DNA of 46,788 nucleotides from Myxococcota bacterium (GTDB lineage Bacteria; Myxococcota; JACRCW01): NCBI GenBank assembly GCA_040752415.1, contig JBFMGU010000058.1, positions 1 to 46,788 of the forward strand, read 5' to 3'. Shown piece by piece: positions 17,978 to 27,616 of this stretch (position 1 is its first letter; each line of letters starts with the position of its first letter). The notes under the pieces were generated by a model. It saw only the letters and a program-made list of their open reading frames with translations, ran no database searches and was not told where the DNA came from. The position numbers and the translations under genes were made by a program.

Positions 17978-19591
17978 ATGCGTCGCGTCGTCCCCGTGCT
18001 GGTGGTCCTTCTTGGTTGTGCGCCTTCACGTGTCCCGGTGGGGCTCCTGCGCGACGCTGGCATCTCGAGCACCGTCGACGCGGGCAGCGGTCCCGACGCT
18101 GGCGCGGCGCAGATCCGGTTCGAGCGCCTCCAGGACACCGGCGATCTCGCGCTCTCCGACGGAGCGGGCTCGATCATTCCCGGCGGCGGCGAGCCGAACC
18201 GCGGTGAAGCCGACTGGTACGCACCCGGCGTGGTCCTCTCCGACCTGACCGGCGACGGACGCCCCGACATCTTCCTGCCCCGCTACGACAACACCCGTCC
18301 CGAGATGCGCGGCAATCGGCTCTACCGCAACAACGGTGATGGCACGTTCTCCGACGTCACCACGGGGTCCGGGCTGGGCTCCGACGCGAACTCCACCTGC
18401 GGCGTGGCGGCGGACGTGGACAACGACGGCGACGAAGACCTCTTCGTGGGCAACGACCTGGCACCCAGCCACCTCTATCTCAACGACGGCGCGGGTCATT
18501 TCACCGACGTGGCAGCGGAGCGCGGCATCACCGCGGCCTGGCGGGTGTTCACCGCGGCGATGGTGGACTACGACCACGACGGGCGCCTGGACGCCTACCT
18601 GGGCACCTGGGATGACGCGGGCCCGCTCGGTCATCACGGTGGCGCCACCTCTCACATTTCTCCCAACCACCTCCTGCACCAGGAAGCGGATGGCACGTTT
18701 GTCGACGTCACCGCGCAAGCGGGCGGGGACTGCCATGGCCGCTCGACCCTGGCCGCCGCTTTTGGCGATGTGAACGGCGACGGCTGGGAAGACCTGTACG
18801 TGGCCAACGACTTCTTCGACGACTGCTTCTACGTGAACAACGGCGACGGCACCTTCACCGACGTCACCACCGCCTGGAACGCCGGCCCCGACGCCATGAC
18901 CGGGATGGGCGTGGCCTTCGGCGATATCGACAACGACGGAGACCTGGACATCTACGTGGCGGATGACCGTCTCTCCGACCGGTCCGTGGGCAGCGTGCTG
19001 TACTGGAACATGGGCGGGCACTTCGAGAGCGTGGCCGCGCAGGCCGGCGTCGACGGGCGGTTCTCCTGGGGCACGGTCTTCGCGGATTTCAACCAGGACG
19101 GTCGCGTGGACCTGTTTGCCGCCACCATGCCTCCGCACAACCCGCACCTGGTGTTCCAGAACGTGGGCCTGCTGGACTTCATAGACGTGGGACCGGCACA
19201 GATGCCCATGGACGTCGACGCGCGGGGCGTGGCGCTGGGGGACGTCGACGGAGACGGACGCCTGGACCTGGTGGTGGCCAACCGGCGCGCGCCCGTGGAC
19301 GTGTTCCTCAACCGCACCGAGGGTGGCCACGGCGTGCTCATCCGGCCCGTGGGCTCGCGGTCCAACCGCTCCGGCGTGGGCGCGTGGGTCACGTTGTGGG
19401 CGGGCGGACAACGGCAGGTGCGCACCGTGGTGGCGGGGGACAGCTACCGCAGCAGCAGTCCCCTGGTGGCGCACTTTGGCGTTGGTGCGGCCACGACGGT
19501 GGAGCGCGTGGAGGTGCGCTTTGCCGGCGGCGCGGTGGTCACGCGGGAGAACCTCGAGGTCGACACGGAGCACGTCATCGTCGAGCCGTGA
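17978..19591 (+). CDS. CRTAC1-family lipoprotein (FG-GAP/VCBS repeats + ASPIC/UnbV domain)
   Basis: Lipobox LLGC; repeated D.DNDGD.D motifs and NNGDGTFTDVT; C-terminal SNRSGVGAWV...SYRS..HFGVG. Confidence 0.9.
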   Translation: MRRVVPVLVVLLGCAPSRVPVGLLRDAGISSTVDAGSGPDAGAAQIRFERLQDTGDLALSDGAGSIIPGGGEPNRGEADWYAPGVVLSDLTGDGRPDIFLPRYDNTRPEMRGNRLYRNNGDGTFSDVTTGSGLGSDANSTCGVAADVDNDGDEDLFVGNDLAPSHLYLNDGAGHFTDVAAERGITAAWRVFTAAMVDYDHDGRLDAYLGTWDDAGPLGHHGGATSHISPNHLLHQEADGTFVDVTAQAGGDCHGRSTLAAAFGDVNGDGWEDLYVANDFFDDCFYVNNGDGTFTDVTTAWNAGPDAMTGMGVAFGDIDNDGDLDIYVADDRLSDRSVGSVLYWNMGGHFESVAAQAGVDGRFSWGTVFADFNQDGRVDLFAATMPPHNPHLVFQNVGLLDFIDVGPAQMPMDVDARGVALGDVDGDGRLDLVVANRRAPVDVFLNRTEGGHGVLIRPVGSRSNRSGVGAWVTLWAGGQRQVRTVVAGDSYRSSSPLVAHFGVGAATTVERVEVRFAGGAVVTRENLEVDTEHVIVEP

Positions 19592-19650
19592 AGCTGCGTG
19601 CTGCCGCGGTGGCAGCGACGTCGACCGGCGGGCGTGCTCCGGCGGTGGCG

Positions 19651-19866
19651 TCACATCGGCGAGGCGGTGTCGGGAGCTTCCCGCTGCTCGCTCAACGCCA
19701 CCTGGAAGCGTCGACGCAGCGTCTCCAGGGTCCCCTCGTACTTCAGGATGTCCCGGCGGTAGGCGCGGTCCTCGGTGTGCACGACCTCGTTCCGCAGCTC
19801 GGACAGGTAGATGCCCAGGGCCGTGGTCAGGACGCGCAGCTCTTCGGGCGTGAATGTGATGTTCAT
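19651..19866 (-). CDS. Small hypothetical helical protein (71 aa)
   Basis: GGAGAGG RBS, amphipathic helical sequence, directly downstream of NUDIX on the same strand. Confidence 0.65.
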   Translation of the reverse strand: MNITFTPEELRVLTTALGIYLSELRNEVVHTEDRAYRRDILKYEGTLETLRRRFQVALSEQREAPDTASPM

Positions 19867-19909
19867 GGCGCGGTCCTCTCCACCGGGTTAACGCGCGCCG
19901 CCCGTCGGT

Positions 19910-20392
19910 TCAGCTCTTGCGCCAGCCCTCCCAAGCCTCCAGCCGGTCCACGAGCGGAACCTGCGTGTCCTTGAGCTTGGTGCGCGCCACGACGAGCGGG
20001 AAGAACTGCGCGCGGTCCATCTCCGGGAACGAGCGGAGCTGCCCGGAGCCCGGCGGCCATTGCATCTCGAAGTGGTTGCTCTGGATGGGACCGTCGGAGC
20101 CGGGCGCTTCCGGACACGCCCACGCATGCACCACCTTGCCGCCCTTCTGCTTGATGGAGCCCAGCGGGTGGAACGGTCCCACGGGACGGATGCCGGTCTC
20201 CTCTTGGAACTCGCGTTGCGCGGCCAGGAGCAGATCCTCGTCGTCATTGGGCTCACCCTTGGGGATGGTCCAGTGGCCATCATCCTTGCGCGCGAACATG
20301 GGCCCGCCGGGATGACCCAGGAACACCTCCAGCTGACCGTTCCGCACGCGGTACATCAGCAATCCCGCGCTGAGCTTGTGCGCCGCCGCCAC
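19910..20392 (-). CDS. NUDIX hydrolase
   Basis: SAGLLMYR, HPGGP, Nudix box PKGE....LLLAAQREFQEETG, WPPGSG..FPEMDR; start moved to GTG 20392 after GGAGGAG. Confidence 0.9.
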   Translation of the reverse strand: MAAAHKLSAGLLMYRVRNGQLEVFLGHPGGPMFARKDDGHWTIPKGEPNDDEDLLLAAQREFQEETGIRPVGPFHPLGSIKQKGGKVVHAWACPEAPGSDGPIQSNHFEMQWPPGSGQLRSFPEMDRAQFFPLVVARTKLKDTQVPLVDRLEAWEGWRKS

Positions 20393-20495
20393 CGTCTCCT
20401 CCCGTCCGTCAGAATGGGCTCCCTTCATAGCAGGAGACGCGTGATGGGGCCGGACTCCGTTGCACCGCTGACGCCGTCGTGGGAGGTGCTCTCGC

Positions 20496-21384
20496 ATGAA
20501 CCGTCATCCCGCGCCCCCCTTGCCTGGCTGGCTGCAGGAGCTCCTGCCCTTTGAACGCTACGTCGTCGACGTGGGTGAGCAGCGCATGCACGTCATGGAG
20601 TGCGGCCAGGGACAACCGGTGCTGATGTTGCACGGCAATCCCACGTGGGGATTCCTGTGGCGCAAGGTGGCCACCGCGCTGATGGGTGCGCCCGTGCGGT
20701 GCATCATGCCGGATCTCGTCGGGCTGGGGCTGTCCAGCAAGCCGCGCTCACTCACCGCGCACACGCTGGAGGCGCACGCCGGGTGGCTGGGGGAGCTGGT
20801 GGACGCGCTGCAGCTCGACGACGTGGTCTTCGTGGGACAGGACTGGGGCGGACCCATTGGCCTGCGCGCGCTCGCCGAGCGGAAGGAACGCGTGCATGGG
20901 CTGGTGCTGCTCAACACGGTGGTGAGCCCGCCGCGCGAGGGATTTCGCGCATCGTTCTTCCATCGTTTTGCGCAGATGCCGGTGGTCTCCGACGTGGTGT
21001 TCCGCGGGCTGGCCTTTCCGCAGTGCGTGCTGGCCTCGGTGCAGGGTGAGCGCGCCTCCATCCGCGGGCGCGTGGCCGACGCGTACCGCTGGCCGCTGCG
21101 CGGCTGGGAGAACAACGCGGCGCCGCTGGCGCTGGCGCGCATGGTTCCCGACGGGCCAAAGCCACCCGTCGATACCCGCGTTGCAGGTGTGCCAAGACTT
21201 CGTGCGTCAGTTCTCGGGTCCCGCCGCGCTGGTGTGGGGAGAGCGCGACCCGATCCTGGGGCGGGTCCTGGGCTGGGTGCACAAACAGCTTCCGCAGGCC
21301 AGCGTGACGCGGACGCGCGCCGGACACTTCCTGCAGGAGGAGGTGCCCCTGGAGATTGCCCACGCCATCCGCGCGATGATGTGA
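20496..21384 (+). pseudogene. Haloalkane-dehalogenase-like alpha/beta hydrolase with a single frameshift (or sequencing error)
   Basis: HGNPTW, PDLVGLGLS and QDWGG lie in one frame; WGERDPILG and AGHFLQEE lie in another; the frames join at the AAA run 21158-21160. Confidence 0.8.
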
Positions 21385-21479
21385 AGGCCCGTCGGAGAAT
21401 GCAGGAAACCGTGCCCGTGCGCCTGCCCGGCCTGTAGGACTCCTCGCGCGCAGAGGTTGTCGGCCAGGGTTGACGACGC

Positions 21480-22130
21480 TCAAAGCCCCGACATCCGGTC
21501 AGATTGCACCATCAAAGCGCAGCCCACCACGTTTCCGTCATGTGACAGCGAAATGAGTACGTCACTCCGCGGCTCACCCTTCAGCCATACCTCGGGCGGC
21601 CCCATTCGCCGCGTGCCCGGTCGGCGCAGGATGTCCAGACCCTCCGCCGGAACCCCAAGCACCTCGGCCAACGTCAGCTTCGCCAACAACCGAACCGCGC
21701 GTGACCGGGCATCACTCCCGGCCGCGAGCTCACGCTCCCTCAGCGGAATGCGGATCTCCATGGCCTCCGACACTGTCCGGCTGCACGCGTGAACAGTCCC
21801 TCGTGCCGACGCCGTCCACCCCACGCAGGAAACCATGTTGTTGGTTTCTGCCCACCGCACGCACACCGTGTCGTTGCCGTGCCGAACCCATCCGCCCTGG
21901 GAATCCACCACGAATTGCGAATGCGCGAACACCAGGTCCGGCTTCCCACGTACGAGCGCCTTGTACGCGGTCTCCTTGGCTGCCCACAGCCGCCACGTAC
22001 GGGCGGGGGAACGCGTTTCCTCCACCCAGGCGCGCTCCTCCACGCTCAGGACCCGGTGCAGAAAACGCGCGCGCGGCACTCCGGCATCACGGAGGTCCAC
22101 CACGTCATTCCCGAGCCCCACGCAGGTCAC
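21480..22130 (-). CDS. 4'-phosphopantetheinyl transferase
   Basis: VGLGNDVVDL, LWAAKETAYKA, ISLSHDG; overlaps the ACP stop. Confidence 0.9.
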   Translation of the reverse strand: MTCVGLGNDVVDLRDAGVPRARFLHRVLSVEERAWVEETRSPARTWRLWAAKETAYKALVRGKPDLVFAHSQFVVDSQGGWVRHGNDTVCVRWAETNNMVSCVGWTASARGTVHACSRTVSEAMEIRIPLRERELAAGSDARSRAVRLLAKLTLAEVLGVPAEGLDILRRPGTRRMGPPEVWLKGEPRSDVLISLSHDGNVVGCALMVQSDRMSGL

Positions 22131-22378
22131 GCCGCCAGCTTCTTGTCGATGAGGCGCACCGCGTCACCCACGGTCTCCACGCTGTCGGCATCATCGTCGC
22201 CAATCTCGATCTGGAACTCCGTCTCCAGGTCCAGGATGATGTCCACCAGGCGCGCGGAATTCACCTGGAGGTCCTCCCGGAGCTTCGTGTCCAGCGTGGC
22301 CGCTGACAGGGCTTGTGGGTTCTTGGCAAATGGTTTGATCGTCTTCATCACCCGCGCGAAGGTGTCCTGCTTTTCCAT
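22127..22378 (-). CDS. Acyl carrier protein
   Basis: 83 aa, acidic; DLQVNSARLVDIILDLETEFQIEI..TVGDAV; AGGAG RBS. Confidence 0.9.
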   Translation of the reverse strand: MEKQDTFARVMKTIKPFAKNPQALSAATLDTKLREDLQVNSARLVDIILDLETEFQIEIGDDDADSVETVGDAVRLIDKKLAA

Positions 22379-22392
22379 GTGATTTCTCCTGT

Positions 22393-23661
22393 TCAGGACT
22401 CGCGCCACCGTCGAACGATGACGCAAGCGTTGACATCCCCAAAACCAAAGCTCGCCTTGGCGATGACCTCGAGGCGCTCCGGCAAGACGGTCTGATGCGG
22501 AATGCTCTTCGCAAACGGCTGCAGGCGCTCGTGAAGGTCTTCACAATTGAGGGAGCCGTGTACGTATCCACCCTGGAGCTGCAGCGTTACCGCCACCAGC
22601 TCCATGCCGCCCGCGGCTCCCAGACCGTGCCCAAGGAGTGACTTGGTGGCATTGATGTATGGAAACCGCTCCGGGGGCCGCTCCAGGGCCTTGGACCAGT
22701 TCTCCACTTCCAGGGGATCCGCGAAGGTTCCCGTCAGGTGTCCGTTGATGGCGTCCACGTCGTCGGGCGTGATTCCCGACGCCACGAGGGCCTTGCGGAT
22801 GCACTCCTGCACCGCCGCGGGGTTGGGCGCGGTCATGCTGCCGCCGTCGCGGTGACCGCCGCAGTTGATGGCTCCACCGAGAATCTCCGCGTAGATGCGG
22901 GCTCCACGCTCCTTGGCGCTCTCCAGGCTCTCCAGCATCAGCAGGCCCGCGCCGGAACCCGGGACGAATCCGCCCGCGCTCCGGGACATGGGCCGGGATG
23001 CCTGGGCGGGAGCGTCGTTGTGATCGCGGTCCAGCACGCGCATGGCGTCAAAGGCGGCCCACACGTACGGCGACGCAGCCTCGCTCCCGCCCGCGAGCAT
23101 GCGCTTGGCCATTCCATGGCGAATGCGCTCCGCCGCCATCACCACCGATTCACAGCCGGTGGAGCACGCACTGGAGTTGGTGGTGACCTGGTTGCCCAAT
23201 CCCAGCAGACCCGCCGTCTTTGCGGAGACGGAGCTGGCCATGCACTGCTCCACCATCGTCGAGCCCAGCCGACGCACCTTGCCGGCATTGACCATGGGGG
23301 TGACGCGCTCACAGATGGTGTCCGGCCCACCCATTCCCGTGCCGATGATGGCGCCGGTGTCCGGGTCCCGCTGCGTGGCGGGACGGGGGAGCCCGGCGTC
23401 GCGCCAGCAGTCCATTGCCGCAATGTTGGAGAAGATCATGTTCTCGTTCATTGCCAGCAGGTCTTCCTGCGTGAAGTAGCGTGGCAGCAGCTCCTCCACG
23501 CCCTGCGGGATGCCGCCAACCTGGCACGCAAAACCCAGCTCCCGGGTGCGCGGAACCGCGCGGATGCCGGATTGCCCATTTCGCAATGCAGCATCAAACG
23601 CGGCGAGCCCGTTTGCGTTGGGTGCCACCACCCCCAAACCGGTGATCACGACTCTATGCAT
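22393..23661 (-). CDS. fabF: Beta-ketoacyl-ACP synthase (FabF/FabB-like)
   Basis: RVVITGLGVVAP; Cys-His-His triad in SSACSTG, NGHLTGT and KSLLGHGLGAAGG; SFGFG. Confidence 0.85.
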   Translation of the reverse strand: MHRVVITGLGVVAPNANGLAAFDAALRNGQSGIRAVPRTRELGFACQVGGIPQGVEELLPRYFTQEDLLAMNENMIFSNIAAMDCWRDAGLPRPATQRDPDTGAIIGTGMGGPDTICERVTPMVNAGKVRRLGSTMVEQCMASSVSAKTAGLLGLGNQVTTNSSACSTGCESVVMAAERIRHGMAKRMLAGGSEAASPYVWAAFDAMRVLDRDHNDAPAQASRPMSRSAGGFVPGSGAGLLMLESLESAKERGARIYAEILGGAINCGGHRDGGSMTAPNPAAVQECIRKALVASGITPDDVDAINGHLTGTFADPLEVENWSKALERPPERFPYINATKSLLGHGLGAAGGMELVAVTLQLQGGYVHGSLNCEDLHERLQPFAKSIPHQTVLPERLEVIAKASFGFGDVNACVIVRRWRES

Positions 23662-24121
23662 GGGGTTTCTCCACGCCGATTCCCGAGAGTGTTGCCGACG
23701 CCACCAGCTGCCCGCTGGCGAGCTTCATCTCCACCCGGGCGCGAATCTTCTTCTGCCGGAAGAACACCTTCTCCGACGTCACGAAAACCTCGTCGCCCGG
23801 GCGCACCATGTGGAAGAACTCGGCCTCCCCGTCAGAGAAGACCGTGAAGTGACGCTGGATCTCCTCCACGGTGTGACGGAGTCCGTAGAGGTAGATGCCG
23901 TGCGCCACCACGCCAATCTGCCCCATCGCCTCGATGAGGATGACGCCGGGAGTGATGGGGTTGCCGGGGAAGTGGCCGGGGTAGAACACTTCGTCCTCGC
24001 GGAAGCGGTAGCGGCCACGCGCGCCGGTTTCGTTGAGCTCCAGGATCTCGTCGACGAACAGGAACGGACGTCGATGCGGAAGCAGCGAGAGCACCTCCGC
24101 GCAGCTCAAGGGCGCGCTCAT
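23654..24121 (-). CDS. fabZ: 3-hydroxyacyl-ACP dehydratase (FabZ-like)
   Basis: LPHRRPFLFVD and GHFPGNPITPGVILIEAMGQ (His/Glu dyad). Confidence 0.85.
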   Translation of the reverse strand: MSAPLSCAEVLSLLPHRRPFLFVDEILELNETGARGRYRFREDEVFYPGHFPGNPITPGVILIEAMGQIGVVAHGIYLYGLRHTVEEIQRHFTVFSDGEAEFFHMVRPGDEVFVTSEKVFFRQKKIRARVEMKLASGQLVASATLSGIGVEKPHA

Positions 24122-24720
24122 GTGGTCTCCTTCTCCCGGCGCATGATTCCGCCGCGTGAGCGCTCGGAACGACGTGGATAGTCGCGGTAGTCAATGTCCA
24201 GGAACGTCCCCACGCGCGCGCCGGTCACGGCGTAGATGACGTCGCCGTCGACCGCCACGGTGGCGTCCGCGACGGCGAGCGCGCTGCCATTCTGGGGCAG
24301 GCGCGTCAGGCGCCGGACGTCCAGCTCATAACGGACCACCTTGTCATGCGGACGGATCTGCCCGGAGAACTCCACCTCCCGACAACCCAGGGCGCGCCCC
24401 GTTCCCGGGCAATCACAGATCGACAGGTACAGACCCATGAGCTGCCACACCGCGTCGACGCCCAGGCAGCCCGGTTGCACGGGGTCACCCTTGAAGTGGC
24501 ACTGGAAATACCAGGCGTCCAATCGCACATCCAATTCCGCCGTCATGCGTCCGCGATTGCCTGCGCGTTCCACGTTGAGCACGCGGTCGAACATGAGCAT
24601 GGGTGGCGTGGGCAGCTTTCCCATGTGCGCGGGCGGATCGTCGACGAGGTTTCCGTGTGCAATGGCCAGGATCTCTTCCTGGGAGAAGTGGGTCCGCTGG
24701 AGGTATTCGCTGTACTTCAT
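24118..24720 (-). CDS. fabA: 3-hydroxydecanoyl-ACP dehydratase/isomerase
   Basis: LPTPPMLMFDR, AELDV, WYFQCHFKGDPVQPGCLGVDAVWQL (His/Asp dyad), GRALG. Confidence 0.9.
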   Translation of the reverse strand: MKYSEYLQRTHFSQEEILAIAHGNLVDDPPAHMGKLPTPPMLMFDRVLNVERAGNRGRMTAELDVRLDAWYFQCHFKGDPVQPGCLGVDAVWQLMGLYLSICDCPGTGRALGCREVEFSGQIRPHDKVVRYELDVRRLTRLPQNGSALAVADATVAVDGDVIYAVTGARVGTFLDIDYRDYPRRSERSRGGIMRREKETT

Positions 24721-25706
24721 GCGCGCGCTCCCACCGTCACGCGCATGGCCGACCAGGAAAGGCCCGCGCCCACCACCGCCATGGCAATCTCATCTCCGTC
24801 GCGCCACAGCTCCCAACGCTGGGAGAGAACCGACGGCGCGCCCGCCGCGCCCGTGTTTCCGTGGTCGGCCACGTTGTGGAAATGGCGCGAGGGGTCAATG
24901 CCCGCGTGCCGGCACACCGCCTCGAGCATCAACAGGTTGGCCTGATGGCCCACGAACATCATCCGGGATGGCGCCGCGGATTGTGCCTGGAGGTTCCTCA
25001 CCATGTCGCGCGTGGTGCGAATGGCAAAGCCCTGCACGGCCCTCCCGTCCTGGTGAAAGTGACCGTGGCGGGGAATGCGGATCTTCTCCCAGCCCGCCGG
25101 GTCGGAAGCGAACAACGTGGCATCCACGCGCACGCGCGCGGGAATCCGTGTGGAAACCACGGCCGCGGTGGTGCCGTCTCCCCACAGGACACAGCTGGTG
25201 CGGTCGCGATAGTCGACGACGCGCGTGGTGTTCTCCGGCTGGACCAGCAGGATGAAGTTGTCCGTGGCGTCCTGGCGCATGGATGCAACAAGGTGGAGAT
25301 GCGCACCAAAGCTGGCGCAGCCGGCCATCACGTCGAAAGCGGGCGCGCTGATTCCCAGTTCCGCGGCGATGCGCGTGGCGTCGGCGGGGAGCGCGTTGTC
25401 GGCGCAGCATCCGCCGGAAATCACCATGCCAATCTGCTCGGCGCTGACGCCCGCGCGCTGCATGGCCATTCGCGCCGCCAGGGCCCCGGTCTTGGCATTG
25501 TCGTACAGCGCGGCCTCGGAGGCGGCACGCGGGTCCGCATTGCGTGTGTGTTTGATGTAATCCAGCGGGAGCACGGTTCTCCGGGTCCGGATCCCCACCC
25601 GCTCGACGATCCAGGCGTCATCCGTCCCGATGTCGAGGGACTCGAGGAACGCGTTGGTGAGCTCCACTTCCGGGTGGAAGTGCCCTATGCCGTGCAGGTG
25701 GATCAT
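24717..25706 (-). CDS. fabH: 3-oxoacyl-ACP synthase III family protein
   Basis: WIVERVGIRTRR, AGCASF, GDG, GHQAN, HGNTGAA (Cys-His-Asn); TGATG coupling to the upstream SDR. Confidence 0.85.
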   Translation of the reverse strand: MIHLHGIGHFHPEVELTNAFLESLDIGTDDAWIVERVGIRTRRTVLPLDYIKHTRNADPRAASEAALYDNAKTGALAARMAMQRAGVSAEQIGMVISGGCCADNALPADATRIAAELGISAPAFDVMAGCASFGAHLHLVASMRQDATDNFILLVQPENTTRVVDYRDRTSCVLWGDGTTAAVVSTRIPARVRVDATLFASDPAGWEKIRIPRHGHFHQDGRAVQGFAIRTTRDMVRNLQAQSAAPSRMMFVGHQANLLMLEAVCRHAGIDPSRHFHNVADHGNTGAAGAPSVLSQRWELWRDGDEIAMAVVGAGLSWSAMRVTVGARA

Positions 25707-26635
25707 CAGCCGAGGTGCTCCCCACCATCCACCATGATGTGCGCACCGGTGACCCACGCCGCTTCATCCGTGGCCAGCAAGCAGATGAACGCGGCAACAT
25801 CTTCCGGCGTGGTCATCCGCCGAAAGGGATTGCGCGCCTGCGCCGCGGCGAGAATCCGCTGGTGTCCGGGAATGAGTGAAAGCGCAGGCGTCTCCGTCAC
25901 GCCCGCCTGCACCACGTTGGTGCGGATTCCATGAAGCGCGCACTCCGCAGCCAGGGACCTCACCGCGGATTCCAGCGCGCCCTTCGCCGCCGCCACGGCA
26001 GCATATCCTGGCCACGCTACACGGTTGCCCTCGCTGGTAAGCGCCACCACGCGGGCGTCGGACGCAAAGAGCTTGTGGCGGAGGAGCGCCTGCACCCAGG
26101 TGATGAGGCTGGTGCCCATGGCGTGGATGGTCCGTGCAAAGTCCTCCTCTTCCAAGACGCCGGCCGCCGGGTCCAATGTCGCGGCGGGTGCCAGCGCGGC
26201 CAGTGTCGGATGCCCGGTACGTGTCAGCGCGGCCACGGCTTCACGCACGCGCTCCGCGGGTACCTCCAGCGCGGTCGCCAACGCTGTCAGCGGTTCCGGT
26301 TGCGGAGGTGTCACGGCGAGTGGACGAAGATTGCCGAAGGCAATGGAATGGAGGAGCAGGCGCACGCGGCCGGTCCCCATGGTCGCGGCCAGCTCGGTGA
26401 GCACCTTCTCACGGCCCTCGACGGAAAGCGCATCCAGGTTCCATGTCCGGAAACCCACGCCGCGCGCGGCAATGGCATCAAATGCAGGTTGAATGCGACC
26501 CATCGCGCCACGACGGTCGCGATGCACAATGGCCACGTTCATGCCGTGCCGGGACACCTTGTCCGCGACGGCAAGGCCAAAGCCGCTGGAGCCACCCAGG
26601 ATGAGCGCCCAGTGCGCGGGGTCAAATGGTTTCAT
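25706..26635 (-). CDS. SDR enoyl-ACP reductase (FabI/FabL-like)
   Basis: ALILGGSSGFG, LLHSIAFG, YAAVAAAK (Yx6K), NVVQAG..TPAL, DGG; ATG 26635 overlaps the upstream stop. Confidence 0.8.
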   Translation of the reverse strand: MKPFDPAHWALILGGSSGFGLAVADKVSRHGMNVAIVHRDRRGAMGRIQPAFDAIAARGVGFRTWNLDALSVEGREKVLTELAATMGTGRVRLLLHSIAFGNLRPLAVTPPQPEPLTALATALEVPAERVREAVAALTRTGHPTLAALAPAATLDPAAGVLEEEDFARTIHAMGTSLITWVQALLRHKLFASDARVVALTSEGNRVAWPGYAAVAAAKGALESAVRSLAAECALHGIRTNVVQAGVTETPALSLIPGHQRILAAAQARNPFRRMTTPEDVAAFICLLATDEAAWVTGAHIMVDGGEHLG

Positions 26636-27375
26636 TGGGAACGCCGGAATCCGCGCCAGAGGTGGCGCACGCGGTTCTTGACCAGGCGGGAAAACACATG
26701 CCACGGCGAGGCGGCACCCAGGTCAAAGGTGAACAACACGCCCCGGCCCGCGGAGTACGCGCGCAGTGGCGCGAAGTATTGCGTCAACTCCGGAGGTTCA
26801 TGCGTCTTGGCAGGTGGATGGATGATTTGCGCGGCCGGGTTGAACCGCCGGTACAGCTCGAACAGATTCCGCGTGGAGCCGCCCATCAACGTCCTGACGC
26901 CCGCACGTCGGCACAAGGTCAGGACCTGGTGCAGCAGCGCCACCAGCACCAACTGGTCCCCGCGCTGGTGTGAGGGCAGGATGGCCAGGCGCGCCACCTC
27001 GCGCGTGGTGGCCAGGTCCATTCCGGGCGGAGGCACCCGCATCTCAAAGTCCAGGGACAGACAGGCAATGCGCATGTCCAACACGCCCACCACTCCCACT
27101 GGCCTGCCTCGGTGGGAGACCACGACCCACGTGGTGGCAGCGTCGTAGCGCTCCTCCACCCAGCGTGCGTCCTCCGACGGAGATACGCCCTCGGCCCTCC
27201 ACACCTGCGCCAGGACGTCACGCGCATCCGCGCGCAGCTCCGGTGTGGCGCCTACCCTGACGCGGTATCCCAACACCGTTGCGACGAGGGGAAACGTGCC
27301 CATGGCCAACGCATCAAAGGCGCGGGCCAGGATGTTCGCCCGTGGGGCGTCACGCCTGGATTGGAATGCGCTCAT
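26632..27375 (-). CDS. GNAT-fold acyltransferase, FeeM (N-acyl amino acid synthase)/LuxI-like
   Basis: YRVRVGAT, YDAATTWVVV..GRPVG, REVARLAILPSHQRG. Start uncertain (ATG 27375, GTG 27432 or ATG 27498). Translationally coupled to the SDR. Confidence 0.6.
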   Translation of the reverse strand: MSAFQSRRDAPRANILARAFDALAMGTFPLVATVLGYRVRVGATPELRADARDVLAQVWRAEGVSPSEDARWVEERYDAATTWVVVSHRGRPVGVVGVLDMRIACLSLDFEMRVPPPGMDLATTREVARLAILPSHQRGDQLVLVALLHQVLTLCRRAGVRTLMGGSTRNLFELYRRFNPAAQIIHPPAKTHEPPELTQYFAPLRAYSAGRGVLFTFDLGAASPWHVFSRLVKNRVRHLWRGFRRSQ

Positions 27376-27511
27376 CACGGGTGCCTCGGCGTGCAGGCTC
27401 TGCAAGACCACCGCGCGGGCTGAGTGCTTCACCGCACCAGCCTCCCGCGCCTCCCGGCCCACGGGCGCCCCCTTCAAGACGACGCTGCCAGGTTCCATGT
27501 CGCGTCCCGAC

Positions 27512-27527
27512 AGCAACCCATGTGCCA
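27512..27527 (-). promoter_or_regulatory. Sigma-54 (-24/-12) promoter of the acyltransferase-fab operon
   Basis: Minus strand reads TGGCACATGGGTTGCT, an exact match to TGGCAC-N5-TTGCW. Confidence 0.85.
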
Positions 27528-27582
27528 GCCCCGGCGTCGGGTGTTTTTGTCTCCTGGGGCGCGGCGCGAGGACGAGCGGGTT

Positions 27583-27616
27583 TGCGGATTCTGCACACCG
27601 GATTGCGGATTCCGCA
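27583..27616. promoter_or_regulatory. Paired palindromes, putative enhancer-binding-protein sites
   Basis: TGCGGATTCTGCA (27583-27595) and TGCGGATTCCGCA (27604-27616), 21 bp apart, upstream of the sigma-54 site. Confidence 0.7.

Noticed and set aside
21480..26635. Aromatic type II PKS, aryl polyene or ladderane cluster
   Set aside because: One elongating KS with an intact triad, and no chain-length factor, cyclase, ketoreductase or radical SAM genes.
26632..27375. Canonical LuxI AHL synthase
   Set aside because: It lacks the conserved N-terminal R..F...W motif and there is no LuxR nearby; only the general fold similarity is kept.
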